IMG/VR virus record: IMGVR_UViG_3300036668_000250
Span: 1 to 61,290 of that record
Strand: one strand, 5' to 3'
Origin: a virus
Taxonomy: Duplodnaviria > Caudoviricetes
DNA length: 61,290 nucleotides
This document shows positions 50,264-59,602 of this stretch, piece by piece. Below the pieces are notes generated by a model. That model was not told the DNA's origin. It saw only the letters and a list, made by a program, of their open reading frames with translations, and searched no databases. Both the position numbers and the translations under genes were made by a program. Every line of letters begins with the position of its first letter. Within the stretch, counting starts at the first letter, position 1.

Positions 50264-51270
50264 GCGACCTGGAAGAAGTCCTTGCAAATCTAAACCCTAA
50301 ACTAAGAAAAAAAGTATCCCTGGGTTCTGAAATGGAGAAGACTAGGTTTGCAAAAACACCATCCTTTGGCTTAAATCTAGCGCTCAACGGAGGGTTGCCT
50401 TATGGTAGACAGATTCTTGTCTACGGAAATAAGTCAAGCGGAAAGTCTTCCTTCTGTTTACAGATGATCGCCGATGCACAAAAGGAAGGCAAGGTGTGTG
50501 CATGGATAGATGCAGAGATGACATTTTCTCCAGAGTGGGCCGAACTTTTGGGGGTAGACACAGAAAAACTTATTGTCTCTACCGCAAGAACAGTCAACGA
50601 TATGGTAGATGTAGGTACTGACTTGATGAAGGCGGGAGTAGACTTAATTGTTGTAGATTCAATATCTGCACTACTCCCCGCTATTTATTTTGAAAAAGAT
50701 TCAAATGAGTTAAAGCAACTAGAGAACACTAAGCAGATGGGTGCAGAGGCTAGGGATATGAGCAACGCAGTAAAAATGCTCAACTACGCAAACAACCAAG
50801 ACGGCGCTACACTGCTAGTTTTTATCAGTCAGGTAAGGAACAACCTTGGATCTATGTATGTTAGTCAGATACCCACTGGAGGTAAGGCAGTTATGTTCTA
50901 CTCTTCTACCATAATAAAACTCTTTTCTTCTGAGTCTGACAATCAGGCCATCAAGGGAAAGATTTACTCAGGAGACAAGATCATTGAAGAAAAGATTGGG
51001 AGAAAGGTTAGATGGGATGTTCAGTTTTCAAAAACATCTCCAGCATTTCAAACAGGAGAATACGACTTTTACTTTAGAGGACAGGATGTCGGAATAGATC
51101 AGATTGCAGACCTTGTTGACACGGCTGAGTTAAGAGGCTTTGTTGAGCGTGCAGGAGCATGGTATACCGTTAATGAAGAAAGGTTTCAGGGTAGAGAAAA
51201 ACTTATTGCAGGAGTAAGAGAAGACTTAGATCTTCAAGATTTTCTAAAGAATAGAGTTGTCGGTGAATAA
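50260..51270 (+). CDS. recA: RecA/UvsX-like recombinase
   Basis: GGLPYGR, GNKSSGKS, WIDAE, VVDSISAL, FISQVR, GGKAVMFYSS, AGAWY. Confidence 0.92.
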   Translation: MSDLEEVLANLNPKLRKKVSLGSEMEKTRFAKTPSFGLNLALNGGLPYGRQILVYGNKSSGKSSFCLQMIADAQKEGKVCAWIDAEMTFSPEWAELLGVDTEKLIVSTARTVNDMVDVGTDLMKAGVDLIVVDSISALLPAIYFEKDSNELKQLENTKQMGAEARDMSNAVKMLNYANNQDGATLLVFISQVRNNLGSMYVSQIPTGGKAVMFYSSTIIKLFSSESDNQAIKGKIYSGDKIIEEKIGRKVRWDVQFSKTSPAFQTGEYDFYFRGQDVGIDQIADLVDTAELRGFVERAGAWYTVNEERFQGREKLIAGVREDLDLQDFLKNRVVGE

Positions 51271-51418
51271 GTTTAGCGTTTTCCCTGGGGAATTTAAGTG
51301 TCAAAAATGCGATCTAAGTGTAGACAAACTAAGGCTGTGGAAAGATACCTTGGACCTTACATGGTTTTGTGAAAAAAAGCATACTTCAAAAGTTTCTTTG
51401 AACATTAAGGGGTATTGA
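51263..51418 (+). CDS. 51-aa zinc-finger-like protein (not in ORF track)
   Basis: GTG start; MNKFSVFPGEFKCQKC..WFCEKKH..GY*; fills the gap between recA and the next gene. Confidence 0.65.
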   Translation: MNKFSVFPGEFKCQKCDLSVDKLRLWKDTLDLTWFCEKKHTSKVSLNIKGY

Positions 51419-51420
51419 GG

Positions 51421-51744
51421 ATGAGAGATTATGCAAAAGAAGAAAGGCACGAATTAAATAAAATGGGTGCTAAGGCCCACCGTAACAGTGGGCGTGGCAA
51501 ATACCAGAAGGCAGATGGCAACCTTCCTGACTTTATAGTAGACACAAAGTCTTACGAAAATGGATTTCGTATTACTCCAAGTGTCTGGGCAAAATTATGC
51601 ACAGACGCCATCAAGACTGATAAAAATAAGTCACCACTGCTCCACCTCTCCCTAGGCCCAGAAGGACGCAAGGTTCGTCTTGTAGTGATAGAGCAATCTA
51701 TGTTCGAGGATATAATGGAAAGGGCAATCGATGACAGCGCTTGA
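51421..51744 (+). CDS. PD-(D/E)XK nuclease, Holliday junction resolvase-like
   Basis: NSGRG..KADG..FIVDTKS. Confidence 0.6.
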   Translation: MRDYAKEERHELNKMGAKAHRNSGRGKYQKADGNLPDFIVDTKSYENGFRITPSVWAKLCTDAIKTDKNKSPLLHLSLGPEGRKVRLVVIEQSMFEDIMERAIDDSA

Positions 51745-52024
51745 AGAAATAAATGATCTATATGAGGTTGCAGAATATATGCAAGACCAAGAATTGACTC
51801 AGGCGCTAGAGTTTATTGCTAAGATTATTTTAAAGCCAGACATACCTATTCAAGTTGCTCAAGTTGAATTGCTGAGACTTCAGGGTATTCAAATGAAACT
51901 CAGCCTAAGGGCAACGTATATGGCTAACGTAGATAAATCAGATAGGGCAAAGAAAAACCTTTACTATACGGCAGCAGAATCGCTCAATAATTTTTGTCAG
52001 ACTCTAAAATATTCTTTACGATAA
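51731..52024 (+). CDS. Hypothetical helical protein
   Basis: 97 aa, overlaps previous gene. Confidence 0.65.
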   Translation: MTALEEINDLYEVAEYMQDQELTQALEFIAKIILKPDIPIQVAQVELLRLQGIQMKLSLRATYMANVDKSDRAKKNLYYTAAESLNNFCQTLKYSLR

Positions 52025-52068
52025 AAAATCAAGATGATATAATTATACTCTAATTAGATGGGAAAAAA

Positions 52069-52836
52069 ATGGCAACGAACTTTTTAAAACAAATGCTAGA
52101 CAAGCAGCCCGAGGGTCCGATTGATACAAAGGCCCTTATATCAAAAATTGAAGAAGGATACCTAGTTGACCAGGGCACATCTTTTAAAACAAAGAAGACC
52201 TTTAGCCCCTCCTCACTGGTATATGGCAATGGGGCATGTCCAAGATATTGGTTCCTAGCATTCTCTGGGGCAGACTTTACTTCCGACAACAGTCCCTACG
52301 CTGTGGCGAACATGAGCAGCGGGACTATGGCTCATGAGAGAATTCAGAAGGCAATAGAAGACTCAGGGATAATGGTGGAAAAGGAAAAGAGAATCGTATC
52401 TCAAGATCCTCCAATTTTTGGATTTGCTGATGCTATTGTTCAGTGGGGAGAGGAGCAGCCAGTGGTTGAAATTAAGACCATGAGGGAAGAAGCCTTTTCC
52501 TATCGTAAACATGCAAAGCCGCCCAACTATCACTTGATGCAGTTGATTGTCTACATGAAGGTTCTAGGAAAAAAACTTGGCCTACTTCTATATGAAAACA
52601 AAAACTCTCATGAACTTCATGCAATTACGGTAGAGTTGACGGAAGAGCAGATGGCATGGGGAGAATATGCTTTTGATTGGATGAGGAAGGTTCGAACCCA
52701 GTGGGAGTCTGGGGAAATACCCAAAAAGACATATAGGTCAAACTCAAAGGTATGCAAGGGGTGCCCACTAGCAAACACATGTTTGTCAGCAGACAAGGGC
52801 ACGATAAAGATAGATCCATTGGAGTACCTTGAATGA
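52069..52836 (+). CDS. Cas4-like/RecB-family exonuclease
   Basis: CPRYW, GTMAHERIQ, ADAIV..VEIKT, QLIVY, CKGCPLANTC four-Cys cluster. Confidence 0.85.
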   Translation: MATNFLKQMLDKQPEGPIDTKALISKIEEGYLVDQGTSFKTKKTFSPSSLVYGNGACPRYWFLAFSGADFTSDNSPYAVANMSSGTMAHERIQKAIEDSGIMVEKEKRIVSQDPPIFGFADAIVQWGEEQPVVEIKTMREEAFSYRKHAKPPNYHLMQLIVYMKVLGKKLGLLLYENKNSHELHAITVELTEEQMAWGEYAFDWMRKVRTQWESGEIPKKTYRSNSKVCKGCPLANTCLSADKGTIKIDPLEYLE

Positions 52837-53129
52837 AGTTCTGTGACTGGTGTTCATCAGAATTCCAGCCCAACGTTAGTTATCAGATTTACTGCTCCCC
52901 AGAGTGCAGAAAGTTTGCAACAAAAGAAAAGGTCAACGCAAGATACAGGGCCAAGAAAAGATTAAGTCAAGGCAAAAAACAAAAGCGCTGCTCTGGAGGA
53001 TGCGGAACAATTATAAGCATTTATAGCAAATCTAAGTTTTGCAATTCATGCGTAGTGAGCAGTAAGCAAGTTGTGAACGCACTCAAAGAACTCAGGGGGA
53101 TAATAGATTATGAAAAATTTGACAAGTAG
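52833..53129 (+). CDS. Cys-rich zinc-finger protein
   Basis: CDWC..YCSPEC..CSGGC..CNSC. Confidence 0.7.
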   Translation: MKFCDWCSSEFQPNVSYQIYCSPECRKFATKEKVNARYRAKKRLSQGKKQKRCSGGCGTIISIYSKSKFCNSCVVSSKQVVNALKELRGIIDYEKFDK

Positions 53130-53682
53130 ACCTGATAGTTTGTGCTCTATTGATGCCAGCACTAACAGCCTTGCTTTTGCATATTTTGAAAATAATCAAT
53201 TAATTAAATATGGAAAAATAAAATATTTTGGTAATGACATATATGAAAAAATCATAGACGTTTCGCATAAAACAAAAAGTTTTTTTGATAATTTTAATTA
53301 TTTAGACCATGTAGTAATAGAGCAGGTTGTATATTTAAACTCACCCAAGACTGCGGCAAACCTTGCAATGAGCCACGGGGCTATCTGCTCTTCCCTGGGT
53401 GCTTCTGGGGCTAAAAAAATAAAAAGCGTAAGCCCTATGCAATGGCAGAACGCCATTGGCAACAAAAGACTAACCGCAGAAGAAAAACAAAAAATTCGCT
53501 CATCTGTTCTTGGGAAAAGTGAGTCTTGGTACAAGTCACAAGAAAGATTATATAGAAAACAAAAAACAATTAAATTTGTTAATGAGAAATACAACTTAAA
53601 AATTAATGATGATGACGTAGCCGATGCCATTGCGATAGGCGTTTTTAGTCTAGAAAATTGGAATAAAATATTTTCACAGTAA
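53110..53682 (+). CDS. RuvC-like Holliday junction resolvase
   Basis: SIDASTNSLAFA, VVIEQ, PMQWQ, DDVADAIAIG. Confidence 0.8.
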   Translation: MKNLTSRPDSLCSIDASTNSLAFAYFENNQLIKYGKIKYFGNDIYEKIIDVSHKTKSFFDNFNYLDHVVIEQVVYLNSPKTAANLAMSHGAICSSLGASGAKKIKSVSPMQWQNAIGNKRLTAEEKQKIRSSVLGKSESWYKSQERLYRKQKTIKFVNEKYNLKINDDDVADAIAIGVFSLENWNKIFSQ

Positions 53683-53692
53683 GGAGAGTTAT

Positions 53693-53842
53693 ATGCCCAG
53701 AGGCGGGTCTTTGCACCACTCAGAAGCATTTTTAAGAAAAAGAATACACCTTGATAAAAAAACCCCAGAAGAGGTTGCAAAAGAATGCAACGTTAGTATA
53801 CAATTAATATACCGTCAAATGAAAAAGTTTGGTATAAAATGA
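53693..53842 (+). CDS. 49-aa HTH DNA-binding protein (not in ORF track)
   Basis: RBS AAGGAG; ..KKTPEEVAKECNVSIQLIYRQMKKFGIK*; ATGA overlap with next gene. Confidence 0.7.
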   Translation: MPRGGSLHHSEAFLRKRIHLDKKTPEEVAKECNVSIQLIYRQMKKFGIK

Positions 53843-54342
53843 AAAGGTATCTGGTCATTGGTCTTGAATCAACTTGTACCAGAATTGTTGCTCGTCTAAT
53901 GGCCTTAAATCTTGGACTAATAAATATCATAGATGATTGGGATGGAGAAGATGTAATAAAGTCCGATAAATATTCTGTAACACATAGGAGTATTCCTCAT
54001 GGATCACGACTAGAAAAAAGAATATTCCCATCATTGAAAGATACACTAGACTTTGATGTTGTTATTGTTACTTCAAGAGATATAAATTGTTCTTTGCAAT
54101 CTAAGATAAGAGCACATCAGCCATATACGGACATAGCAATACAAGAAAATGATATTGCAATTAAAAACCTAAAAGAAATATTGACCAATAAAAATGCAAT
54201 TGTTTTTTCATATGAGTCTGCAAATCTTTTTCAAGATGCATATATCAATCAATTTTTAAAAAGTATTGACATTGAGACTCCAATTGCGATAGAATTTGAA
54301 AACATAAATGAAAAATACTTTACAGGAAAAAAAGATGAATGA
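53839..54342 (+). CDS. Sulfotransferase-fold protein
   Basis: LVIGLESTCTR resembles the 5'-PSB loop; VIVTSRDINCSLQS resembles the 3'-PB motif; FSYE. Confidence 0.5.
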   Translation: MKRYLVIGLESTCTRIVARLMALNLGLINIIDDWDGEDVIKSDKYSVTHRSIPHGSRLEKRIFPSLKDTLDFDVVIVTSRDINCSLQSKIRAHQPYTDIAIQENDIAIKNLKEILTNKNAIVFSYESANLFQDAYINQFLKSIDIETPIAIEFENINEKYFTGKKDE

Positions 54343-54550
54343 TCAAGTAAACCATCCAATTCATTACACTTCTCATCCCAGCGGGATAGAAACTATTCAA
54401 ATAACAGAGCACATGGGATTTTGCTTAGGCAACGCCATCAAGTATATTATGAGATCGGAATTAAAAGGAAAGCAAATAGAGGATCTTAAAAAGGCAGTCT
54501 GGTATCTTAATAGAGAGATTGAAAGATTGGAGAAACAAAATGGGACGTAG
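54335..54550 (+). CDS. DUF3310-family protein
   Basis: DQVNHPIHY..GFCLGNAIKYIMR..KG..EDLKKAVWYLNREI. Confidence 0.85.
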   Translation: MNDQVNHPIHYTSHPSGIETIQITEHMGFCLGNAIKYIMRSELKGKQIEDLKKAVWYLNREIERLEKQNGT

Positions 54551-54827
54551 GGAAAAGCACAAGAGTGTGAATCATAACGAACATCTTTTCGTTACTTCTG
54601 ATAACTATCAAATTCCAGATTCAAACAGGGTGATTGAAAGCGGAGAAGTAATTAAAATTAGTGGTGAGCATGGGACTAAGTTTAAGTTTAGGGCCCATGT
54701 GACTAAAATTGATTCTGGGATAGAGTGGATCGACTGCTATGAGTTAGAGCGGGGTGTGCCATCAAAGCATAGATCCTTTAATCCAGATAGAATAAGAGCA
54801 ATGCCAAAAAATAAGAATAGGATATAA
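54540..54827 (+). CDS. Hypothetical protein (SH3-like)
   Basis: GEVIKISGEHG..FKF..EWIDC..RSF..DRI. Confidence 0.6.
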   Translation: MGRREKHKSVNHNEHLFVTSDNYQIPDSNRVIESGEVIKISGEHGTKFKFRAHVTKIDSGIEWIDCYELERGVPSKHRSFNPDRIRAMPKNKNRI

Positions 54828-54837
54828 TTGACTAATT

Positions 54838-55362
54838 ATGGGACAAGTTGTAGAGCATTTAGAAGAAGTCAACGCGGTAGCCTCTTACTATATAAAGGGG
54901 CTTAATGAATCAGAGATATCCAAGGAACTGGATATACCTAGGGCAAGAGTCTCCTCCCTTCTAAGGGAGTGGAAGACGATGGCCTCCAACTCTGAAGCGG
55001 TAAGGTCTAGGGCAAGAGAAGCCCTCTCCGCTGCCGACACCCACTACTCTGGGTTAGTGAAGCAGGCATATGAAGTGATTGATGAAGCGAATCAAAATGG
55101 TGCCCTTTCTGTAAAAAATCAAGCAATTAAACTCATCCTTGACATTGAGTCAAAAAGAATAGAAATGCTTCAAAAGGCGGGGCTTCTGGAAAACAAAGAA
55201 CTTTCTGATCAACTTATAGAAACAGAAAAGAAGCAAGCCCTGTTGATGAAAATTCTCACAGAGGTATCCTCTACATGCAAGGCATGTAAGCCACAGGTTC
55301 TTAAAAGACTTTCAGAGGCATCGGGCGATGATGGAGAGGCTATTGTGATATATGAGTCTTGA
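54838..55362 (+). CDS. HTH protein, probable terminase small subunit
   Basis: GLNESEISKELDIPRARV HTH; overlaps start of large terminase. Confidence 0.6.
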   Translation: MGQVVEHLEEVNAVASYYIKGLNESEISKELDIPRARVSSLLREWKTMASNSEAVRSRAREALSAADTHYSGLVKQAYEVIDEANQNGALSVKNQAIKLILDIESKRIEMLQKAGLLENKELSDQLIETEKKQALLMKILTEVSSTCKACKPQVLKRLSEASGDDGEAIVIYES

Positions 55363-57139
55363 TTTTAAAGATTTTCTTTCTGCCTTAGATGATGATCCAT
55401 TTGAAGAGATTCCTGTAGACCTAGACACCTTCCTTCATGATCCCCAGTATTTAGATCAGCCCCCATTATCTCAAATACAAAGAGACCTTGTTGAGGTGAT
55501 GAGCCAGATATTTAGAGAAGAAGATTTAATGAGGTTTATGGGGGAAAAGGAAGGACGAAGACACTATAAGAAATACACTAAGTCTGAGGTAATCATGCAG
55601 TTGGGCAAGGGGTCGGGCAAGGATCACACTTCCACCATAGGTTGCGCTTACCTGGTTTATAAACTCATGTGCCTTAAAGATCCTGCTAGATACTTCGGAA
55701 AACCACCTGGAGACTCTATTGATATTATCAATATTGCCATCAATGCCCAGCAAGCAAAAACAGTTTTCTTTAAAAACTTTAAGACAAAGATACAAAGAAG
55801 CCCTTGGTTTGCAGGGAAGTATGATGCCAAGGCAGACTATGTAGAGTTTGATAAAACGATAACTGTTTATTCTGGCCACTCAGAAAGAGAAAGTCACGAG
55901 GGCTTGAACCTAATACTAGCCATCCTTGATGAGATCTCTGGTTTTGCTCAAGACTCCAACAGTGGAAATGAAAATGCCAAAACAGGTGACGGTATATACA
56001 AGGCGTTCAGGGCGTCTGTAGACTCTAGGTTTCCAGATTACGGAAAGGTCGTGTTACTTTCATTTCCCAGATTTCCAGGGGATTTTATTTCTAAAAGATA
56101 TGATGCGGTGGTGTCAGAAAAAGAGGTAGAGGTAAAAAAGCATACCTTTATTATTAACCCAGACCTACCTGACAACATTGAGGAGAATAAGTTTGACATA
56201 GAGTGGGAAGAGGAACACATCTTGTCGTATAAATTCCCTGGTGTTTATGCAATTAAAAGACCAACATGGGAGGTTAACCCCACAAGAAGTGTAAACGACT
56301 TCAAGGTTTCTTTTATTACTGATTATGCAAATGCAATGCAGAGATTTGCTTGCGTCCCCTCATATGTTTCCGATGCATTCTTTAAACAAAAGGATAAGTT
56401 GGAAAGGTCTATGAGCAAAAGAAATCCGATAGATTCATTTAAAAGAATAGAGCCTTCCTTTCAACCAGAGGAGGGGGTTCGATACTTCCTTCATGCTGAC
56501 CTTGCTCAAAAGCATGATAAGTGTGCTATTGCCATTGCTCATGTTGATAAATGGGTAAGCGTTCAAACATTTAACGACTATACCCAGATACATCCTTTTG
56601 TAATAGTGGATGCCGTTGTTTGGTGGGAACCCAAAAAGGAAGGTCCAGTAGACCTTTCAGAGGTGAAGAGGTGGATAATTGATTTTAGAAGAGAGGGGTA
56701 TCAGATTGGACTCGTAACCTTTGATAGATGGCAGTCGTTTGATATTCAACAGGAGTTAAAGTCAGTTGGAATAAAAGCAGAAACTCTTTCTGTTGCTAAA
56801 AAGCATTATGAAGATTTGGCAATGTTAGTTTATGAAAACAGGGTGGTCATGCCACATATTGATATTCTTCTAAGTGAGATGAGTGAACTTCGTATCATAT
56901 CTGATAAGAAAGTTGACCATCCAAGAAAAGGCAGTAAGGACTTATCTGATGCTGTAACAGGTGCGGTGTACAATGCTATTGCTCATACCCCCCGTAATTT
57001 AAATCAAGAAATAGAGGTTCACGATTGGCAGTCTTTGACAAGTAAGCAGAATAAAGAAAAAACTCTAAACGATACCTATCAGCCCCCGCCAATGAGCAGC
57101 GAAGTTGAAGACTATCTAGATTCGTTTAACACACTGTAA
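55352..57139 (+). CDS. terL: Terminase large subunit
   Basis: GKGSGKD Walker A, AILDE Walker B, HADLA, TFDRWQS, DHPRKGSKDLSDA nuclease motifs. Confidence 0.9.
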   Translation: MSLDFKDFLSALDDDPFEEIPVDLDTFLHDPQYLDQPPLSQIQRDLVEVMSQIFREEDLMRFMGEKEGRRHYKKYTKSEVIMQLGKGSGKDHTSTIGCAYLVYKLMCLKDPARYFGKPPGDSIDIINIAINAQQAKTVFFKNFKTKIQRSPWFAGKYDAKADYVEFDKTITVYSGHSERESHEGLNLILAILDEISGFAQDSNSGNENAKTGDGIYKAFRASVDSRFPDYGKVVLLSFPRFPGDFISKRYDAVVSEKEVEVKKHTFIINPDLPDNIEENKFDIEWEEEHILSYKFPGVYAIKRPTWEVNPTRSVNDFKVSFITDYANAMQRFACVPSYVSDAFFKQKDKLERSMSKRNPIDSFKRIEPSFQPEEGVRYFLHADLAQKHDKCAIAIAHVDKWVSVQTFNDYTQIHPFVIVDAVVWWEPKKEGPVDLSEVKRWIIDFRREGYQIGLVTFDRWQSFDIQQELKSVGIKAETLSVAKKHYEDLAMLVYENRVVMPHIDILLSEMSELRIISDKKVDHPRKGSKDLSDAVTGAVYNAIAHTPRNLNQEIEVHDWQSLTSKQNKEKTLNDTYQPPPMSSEVEDYLDSFNTL

Positions 57140-57151
57140 AGGAGAACAACA

Positions 57152-57337
57152 ATGATTTTCGTTACTATATTTTTATTTATTTCACTATTGGTTTTTGTTT
57201 TGAACTTTATTTATAACCTTATCGCCCTAAGTCAGAGGACTTATAATGGCAGCAAGGTTATTGCCCTATCGTTATTTTTCTCATTAATTTTAATATCGTT
57301 TAACATTATTTCGATAGTGCTTGTCTTTACTACATGA
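57152..57337 (+). CDS. Small membrane protein (2 TM)
   Basis: Two hydrophobic stretches; RBS AAGGAG. Confidence 0.6.
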   Translation: MIFVTIFLFISLLVFVLNFIYNLIALSQRTYNGSKVIALSLFFSLILISFNIISIVLVFTT

Positions 57338-57371
57338 ATTATTTTAATCGTCACATGATATACTAAAAAAT

Positions 57372-57671
57372 ATGAAAGATATGCTGGATAAGCCATCATG
57401 GAAGATGAGAAGGAGAGCGGTATTTTTTACATTGCTCTTCTCCTCTGCCCTTATAGGATATGTTGCCTATAGGTGGGAATCCACATCGCTGGCTGAAAAT
57501 TTAATCATAGGGGCATTTGGACTTATGGGTGCCACGATAGCAACATATATAGGTGGGTCTGCCTATGAAGATGTGAGAACCTACAAGACTGATTCTGAGT
57601 TTAACACTTACTCAGGTTCTTACGAATATAAAAACACAGAACACTATTACTCAGAGGAGGGTATGAATTAA
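57372..57671 (+). CDS. Membrane protein (2 TM) in lysis cassette
   Basis: WKMRRR then two hydrophobic helices; leaderless start after TGATATACT 57356-57364. Confidence 0.7.
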   Translation: MKDMLDKPSWKMRRRAVFFTLLFSSALIGYVAYRWESTSLAENLIIGAFGLMGATIATYIGGSAYEDVRTYKTDSEFNTYSGSYEYKNTEHYYSEEGMN

Positions 57672-57901
57672 TGATTTTTACTAAGAAGTTTTGGATTGAA
57701 GCATCAGAAAGAGCAGTCAAAACATTTGCACAATTTGTCCTAGCGTTGCAATCGGGTGAGGCATTGAATATTCTTACTGTTGACTGGAATCAAACATTGG
57801 GCGTAGCCCTTGGTGGCGCTCTATTCTCTTACGCTACATCAATTGTTTCAGCGGGAATTAATAAAAAAGGAACTCCCAGTCTAGTAGATGAAGAGGGCTA
57901 A
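57671..57901 (+). CDS. Holin, r1t-like
   Basis: FW..ASERAVKTFAQ..DW..S..TSI..GTPSLV. Confidence 0.85.
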   Translation: MIFTKKFWIEASERAVKTFAQFVLALQSGEALNILTVDWNQTLGVALGGALFSYATSIVSAGINKKGTPSLVDEEG

Positions 57902-57905
57902 CGCT

Positions 57906-58040
57906 ATGTCTAAAGAAGAAGAACTAGGTCTAGAAGACCTTGCAGACATTGAAGTTTCTGAGCCACCCAAGGGATGGCTTCCCTTAGAAAGCCAGGAAGA
58001 TTTAGACCCTAGAGATGAGGACGATGATGCAGATGGCTAA
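57906..58040 (+). CDS. 44-aa highly acidic peptide (not in ORF track)
   Basis: MSKEEELGLEDLADIEVSEPPKGWLPLESQEDLDPRDEDDDADG*; overlaps endolysin start. Confidence 0.55.
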   Translation: MSKEEELGLEDLADIEVSEPPKGWLPLESQEDLDPRDEDDDADG

Positions 58041-58926
58041 CAATCGACCAAGTGCAAGCGAAATCCGTCAATCATTTATTGATCATGGTGTTGATGCAAG
58101 ATACTGGGAAGACTGGGCATCTTCTGGAAAGTCTTGGGGATGGGAAGGCGGAGGACTTAATGGTGTTGTTCTTCACCACACAGCCACCGCCTCGGCGGTT
58201 GACGGAAATGGTGCCCCAACCTTATACTGGGCAGTAAACGCATATGCTCCAATGAAAGTTGCTAATCAACTAGTAGGCAAAGACCCAGGAACCAACTGGA
58301 TTCTTTCTGGAAATGGAACTTATCACTCAGGAATGGGAGGACCTTGGTCTGACATGGGCCTTGGGGTAGGAAACGTTCTACATTGGAGAGCCTGGGGTAT
58401 TGAAATTGATGATCCTGGTAGGTCAAAAACTATCAATAGTTATCAAATAGAGCAGGTCGGCAGAACCGTGGCTGCCCTGTGGGATCTTTGTGGGTGGCCA
58501 GAGGATGGCTCTACCATTATTACTCACGGAGATTGGACAGATTCTGGACCGTATCTTAACGAATCAAGTTATGGTCCTCACAGAAACAGGAAGAATGACA
58601 CCTTGCGTCAATTTTATAGTCAAGAGTTTTGGAGAAAAGAAGCCCAAAAGTATCGCGTTGGTCAGGAGTTGTGGGATGGAACTGTTCCTAGAATACAGGC
58701 AGTTAAAAACGCTCAAGAAGAAAACTCTGCCAACAAAGCGACATGGCGGGTGGCATGTCGATTATACGACTTAGGCATAAGAGGGAAACTCCCCGCACCG
58801 CAGGGAAGGCAGAAATATCCCAAGAACGCCGTTGCTGATTTCCAAAGATCCCTAGGATGGGAAGATCCTCATGGTGAATTTAGCCCCAACACTCAAAAAA
58901 AGATGTTTGGGAAGGTAAAGAAGTAG
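58033..58926 (+). CDS. Endolysin: Amidase_2-type N-acetylmuramoyl-L-alanine amidase with C-terminal peptidoglycan-binding domain
   Basis: VVLHHTA, YHSG, GIEI, IITHGDW..RKND; AVADFQRSLGW..G.F.P.T; start may be 58015-58033. Confidence 0.85.
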   Translation: MANNRPSASEIRQSFIDHGVDARYWEDWASSGKSWGWEGGGLNGVVLHHTATASAVDGNGAPTLYWAVNAYAPMKVANQLVGKDPGTNWILSGNGTYHSGMGGPWSDMGLGVGNVLHWRAWGIEIDDPGRSKTINSYQIEQVGRTVAALWDLCGWPEDGSTIITHGDWTDSGPYLNESSYGPHRNRKNDTLRQFYSQEFWRKEAQKYRVGQELWDGTVPRIQAVKNAQEENSANKATWRVACRLYDLGIRGKLPAPQGRQKYPKNAVADFQRSLGWEDPHGEFSPNTQKKMFGKVKK

Positions 58927-58943
58927 TAAGGGGTGATGAAAAG

Positions 58944-59222
58944 ATGAATAAAAAAATTAGTGTTGGAAGCATGGTCTCTTGGAATTCAAGTGGCGGTAAG
59001 GCAGACGGTAAGGTAAAAAGAATAGTAGATAGTGGAAGTGTCAATGTTCCAAACTCTTCCTTTACCCTTAATGCTACCCCCGACAATCCAGCAGTACTTA
59101 TCACCCTTTATCAAGAAGGCAGGCCCACAGATACTGTTGTCGGCCACAGGATGAACTCCCTGTCTGCTAAAAAAAGCAGTTGGGGTGGATCATTTAACCC
59201 AAGAATTTTTGGTGATAAATAA
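58944..59222 (+). CDS. Tudor-like (DUF2945/HVA1-like) small protein
   Basis: ISVGSMVSWNSSGG..GKV..ATPDNPA..VGH..SL. Confidence 0.7.
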   Translation: MNKKISVGSMVSWNSSGGKADGKVKRIVDSGSVNVPNSSFTLNATPDNPAVLITLYQEGRPTDTVVGHRMNSLSAKKSSWGGSFNPRIFGDK

Positions 59223-59593
59223 TGGCAGATACCTATCGTCCAACCGCTGGAATGCAAAGTGCCGCAAAGAGGGCGCTAAAATGGAAGGAAGACGGTAAAG
59301 ATAAAGGCGCTGGTACTTCGGTGGGGTGGACTAGGGCCAATCAATTGGCCAACAGAGAAAGTCTTTCTTTGGATACCGTTAAAAGAATGTATTCTTACTT
59401 CTCTAGACACGAGGTTGACAAGAAAGGTAAGGGATTTTTTTCTGGACCAGACTTCCCATCTAAGGGTAGAGTTATGTGGAACGCTTGGGGTGGGGATAGC
59501 GGATTTTCCTGGTCGAAGAGGATAGTAGAAAGAGAAAGTTCCAATAAAGTCTGGCAGGGGTCGGCTTTTAATTTTAACAAATCAAACAATTAA
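59222..59593 (+). CDS. Basic helical phage protein of unknown function
   Basis: PTAGM..AKRALKW, GWTRANQLA, VKRMYSYFSRH, WNAWGGD; TAATG-coupled. Confidence 0.7.
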   Translation: MADTYRPTAGMQSAAKRALKWKEDGKDKGAGTSVGWTRANQLANRESLSLDTVKRMYSYFSRHEVDKKGKGFFSGPDFPSKGRVMWNAWGGDSGFSWSKRIVERESSNKVWQGSAFNFNKSNN

Positions 59594-59602
59594 GGAGTTT
59601 TT

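Noticed and set aside
52069-52836. CRISPR-Cas system suggested by the Cas4-like gene
   Set aside because: No repeat-spacer array or other cas genes; stand-alone Cas4-like nucleases are common in phage replication modules
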